A DNA stretch of 64,000 nucleotides from Anolis carolinensis. Its lineage: Eukaryota. Position numbers and translations under genes: made by a program. The notes beneath the pieces were generated by a model. The model ran no database searches. It saw nothing but the letters and a program-made list of their open reading frames with translations, and was not told the DNA's origin. Where the stretch lies: NCBI RefSeq assembly GCF_035594765.1, contig NC_085842.1, positions 125,749,036-125,813,035 on the forward strand, read 5' to 3'. Positions 60,428-64,000 of the stretch are shown here, piece by piece. Within the stretch, counting starts at the first letter, position 1, and each line of letters begins with the position of its first letter.

Positions 60428-60840
60428 ATTGTTGTTGTTGTTGTTGTTGTTAACTGACATCAAGTTAACCTTGGCTTATAACAATCCTGTGAATAGAAGA
60501 TATCTTCTAGGAATATTTCAGGTTTGATTTACTCTATGACCTACTTATTGGTCTTTTTTTCTTTTTCTTTTTCTTTTTTTGCAATTCATGGTATCTGTAG
60601 ACATCTCCAGATTTCAAATTTAGATTGAAGCAGCTCTATTTGTATGCCATCTGTTCTTGGTGATTTATTTCTCCCAAATGCTTTGAGTATAGCTTGTGCT
60701 TTCTAAAATTGTAAGTTCATCTTCAAATGGTGCTTCCTTCAACAAATCTGTCATCCTTTCATTTCTTACATATATATATCTTCAATTTATTGATTTCATG
60801 ATTTTTTCTTATTCCTGTACTATGCCACTCTTCCTGTCTA
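60428..60840 (-). mobile_element. Old RTE-like fragment with a (caa)n tail
   Basis: (ttg)n, then aactgacatcaagttaaccttggcttat; degenerate RTE-like internal pieces. Confidence 0.5.
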
Positions 60841-63624
60841 CATATTAGTTGCTAATTCAACTACTGGTCCTGTTCTCATCTCATTGTGGTGAATTCTGAA
60901 CATTGTGTTGCCTGGAGCAGTTTTGTTTATCTACATCTATTACCCATCAGCTTGGTTGGGTAGTCAAGTTTGAGAGGGCAGGGAAACTCTGTACTTCTCC
61001 TTTCAATCCTACCAATAATTTATAAATCTTTTTATACATTCCATTTTCTCCATTGTCAGAAGGGGGACAGGACTCCTCCTGCTTGAACTCCTTCTGCTAT
61101 TGTTTCTGTAATTCTTCTTTCCTACCCCTCCCCAAACGTTATGATCCTAAAGAATGATCGGAGTGGTACACAGTTGTATGAGGCACATTTTCAAATTCCA
61201 CGCTGTTCTCTTTTTAACATGCATATTTAAAAAAGCGACAACCCCATATTGTAAAGGGCACAGCATTCCCAAGTATAGATTATAAGGGTTGGCCATGGGA
61301 AGCAGGTTTAAACCTGTGTTTTATATCTTCCTCTGAGGTGCAAGGAAAAGGTTAACTAAGTGATGGCTCCAAGTTTTGAAATGCTCTCCCTACAGTGACA
61401 TGTTGGATCACATACTTTATAAGTTTTTGACACCAGCATAAGGATATCCTGAATTTGTCCCAATTTGGCAGAAGCAGACCTGATTTGTCTTCTGTCATTC
61501 TAATTTTTCATCTGCTTTAAAACTGTCTCTGTTTCTCCCTCCCCCCCCCCCAAGTTTCCCCTTTTCTTTTCAGCTTCCTTCAACTGCTTTAAACTAAGAT
61601 CAAACTGCAAAAGCAGTTTGCATTTAGTTAATTCAGCACAAAGGAATGGAGGGAGGAGGAGGAGAAATCTTGTCCTTTCCAATCAGCTCAGTAAACTGCT
61701 GCAGACTGTCCTAACTTGTTTGTTTTTCTTAATTAATAGCTTTTGCCTTCATGATGACATGCCAACAGCTTTGCCACATGAGTTCTGGTTTCCATCTGTG
61801 AAAGGCTGGAGAGTATGGATTAAGGATATTTAAAACTAAGCCAGACATTGTAAACCAAGCCCAAGCCCAAAGCCCTGCCCTGCCCTGCCCTGGACCCTGT
61901 AGTAGAAAAATTGCAGGTTTTGATTTCAGAGGTTCCCTTGCAAGCTAGACTGCATGGCTGAAGAGTGGTATGTGGGTTTTTAAAAGACATTAGAAGTAAA
62001 CAACGTTGCAAAGCCTCCCATGTTTTTCGCTGTCTATTGAATTACAAAATAAATTGGCACGTCCCTGAGACATGAATGACAGGGATGGCTAAACAGTGTC
62101 CAGCTTCGTTTCCATCCGCTTTGGTGTGCCTATTACTGTGGTGACATTTCTAGCTTTATAACCCCTATTCTGTAATTGCTCTATCAGAGCAGAACTGAGC
62201 CCCCTTTTCAGATTCTCAGCATTTGTCAATCCAACTGGCAAATGAAGATGAATTACCTGTTTTGCCATTTCCATCACTAAAAGCCCACAACAAAATAATA
62301 TGCAATGTAAAAATGGGTATCTAATGACCCGTCTTGTTCAACCTGAAAACAAGAAATTCCCTTGCATTTTAATTTATTTATATACATTGCACCCCATATC
62401 TCTAACAAATGGTTTGTGGCCTGTGTGCCAGCTGAGCAACAAAAACTGTTTCATGGGGCAGGGCTGACCTCTTCTGGTGGAGAGAAAAAATACATCCCAG
62501 AAATTAACAAGCTGCATCTATTTTTATTAACACTTACCTTTCAAAATATATTATGCAGGGAAGAGAATAAGTTTTAATAATTAAAGCAGACTCCACTTAA
62601 GATTTCTTCATAGTTGCAACACTATTTGGAAGTCATCACAATTTTTAATACACAGACACTGCTTCAACAATCAGATTGATTCAAGGTTGAATCCTTTCCT
62701 AGTATTTGCCCACAAACTGTATCCAAGTCAAGGAACTACTGAACCCACAATGGAGAGAGGTAATTTATTTGTAAGACACCTGAATACTAGAGCAGGGATG
62801 TAAATGGGGAATGGAGTTTTGACTAGAGTTGTCCATCAGCTGCCCAAGAAGTGAATGAGGTAGTGCTGGTAAAGTAACATCTAATGAGTCCATGCCATCT
62901 GGATTTCCCGGCAGGAAATTGTAAATTGCAAGAGCACATGATTGATATGATATGGGCACATATTAACAAAGAAAGCAGGTCTGAACGAAGACATGTTTCT
63001 GCTTGAAGTGAGGAATACCTCTTCCCCCAAAAAGCTCACTATCAGTTGATTCCTACTGGTAGCAGATCTGTTTAAAGGAGAACTGCAAACTCTTGCGACT
63101 TGTGTGTCTTTCCTCGTTAAGAAGTTTTGCGATCTTGAACACTCTTCGATGGTGCTTGACCACACATGTCCCTGTTTTCATCTGTGATGTGTGACAAAGG
63201 AACAAATGTTTATTATCCATACGAACCACTGGTTTATATTTGAAGGAAGGGTACAATGCACTGTGCGACTGAACCCCAATCACCTCACAAACTCTCAAGA
63301 AGTTTAATGCATATCTTAAATAGCATGGTGGACAAAAGACAAACACAGAAGGACTGCCCCAAACATACAACTCCACACACAAACGCCACCTAGACCTTAA
63401 ATGTCTCCATTTTCATGGAAGTATTTCTTAAAATGGTGATATGAAGTGACATGTCACTTCTAGTCACTATTGTTGGGAAGATATTTGTGAGCTGCCCCTT
63501 AAATGAGTTTGGAAGCGAAACCCTGTTCTGCAGAAATGTAGTGGCCAGATGTTGCCAGGTGTTTGTTCTAGAGGCACTTAATGCCCATCTGAAAAAACTG
63601 CACTGGCTTGCAGTTTGTTTCTGA

Positions 63625-63774
63625 GGCCCCTTCCACATAGCTGAATAAAACCCCACATTATCTGTTGTGAACTGGAATATAAGACAGTGTGGACTTAGAT
63701 AACCCACTTCAAAGTAAATATCATGAGATTTTCTGCCTTGATATTTGGGGTTAAATGGCTGTGTGGAAGGGCCC
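63625..63774. mobile_element. Free-standing PIF/Harbinger-like MITE, 150 bp
   Basis: TIRs ggccccttccaca / tgtggaagggccc; 3-bp TSD tga on both sides. Confidence 0.88.
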
Positions 63775-63844
63775 TGACTGGAGCTCCCTCCGAAGAAATG
63801 CAAGATGCCTTCCTCTCTTCTGCACTTCTGGTTAGCAGATCATC

Positions 63845-64000
63845 AACATCTACATGAAACCGCTGGGAGAGGTCATCCGGAGTTTTGGAGGGCGTTGCCA
63901 TCTCTACGCAGATGACACGCAAATCCACTACTCGTTCCCATCTGACTCCAAGGAAGCCCCTCGGATGCTGAACCAGTGCCTGGCCGCTGTGGCGGACTGG
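63845..64000 (+). mobile_element. 5'-truncated L2 LINE RT region running off the window
   Basis: Open frame NIYMKPLGEVIRSFGGRCHLYADDTQIHYSF..LNQCLAAVADW with the YADD motif; CpGs retained, suggesting a young copy. Confidence 0.95.

Overview
Vertebrate, almost certainly squamate (Anolis-type) non-coding genomic DNA. The repeat set (Sauria SINE, BovB/RTE, CR1, L2, L1, Vingi, Penelope-like elements, Helitron, hAT, Harbinger, Tc1/mariner-pogo and Chapaev MITEs) is what I recall for Anolis carolinensis. I find no host protein-coding exon, no rRNA or tRNA gene and no CRISPR array. Every recognisable ORF is a transposon remnant. The window is a heavily nested TE mosaic interspersed with repeat-free islands that may hold conserved enhancers, and it has two assembly gaps. 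The most notable sequence-level observations are: (1) an apparently intact minimal hammerhead ribozyme in a Penelope-like element, plus two decayed copies; (2) two unrelated solo LTRs whose U3 regions are open reading frames from LTR base 2, one ending in an HMGN-like RRSLRIAAK motif; (3) a solo LTR carrying a tandem array of GAGGTAAGTA (5' splice-site consensus, or the U1 5' end on the other strand); (4) an RTE and an L1 fused head-to-head inside a single target-site duplication; (5) a perfect 84-bp inverted copy of local DNA at a Penelope junction; (6) a Helitron carrying a dimeric higher-order repeat built from a CR1 tail plus (AAT)n; (7) a Vingi element with a 60-bp TSD. Family names come from motif recognition and memory, not from database searches. 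Boundaries not fixed by a TSD or TIR are approximate.
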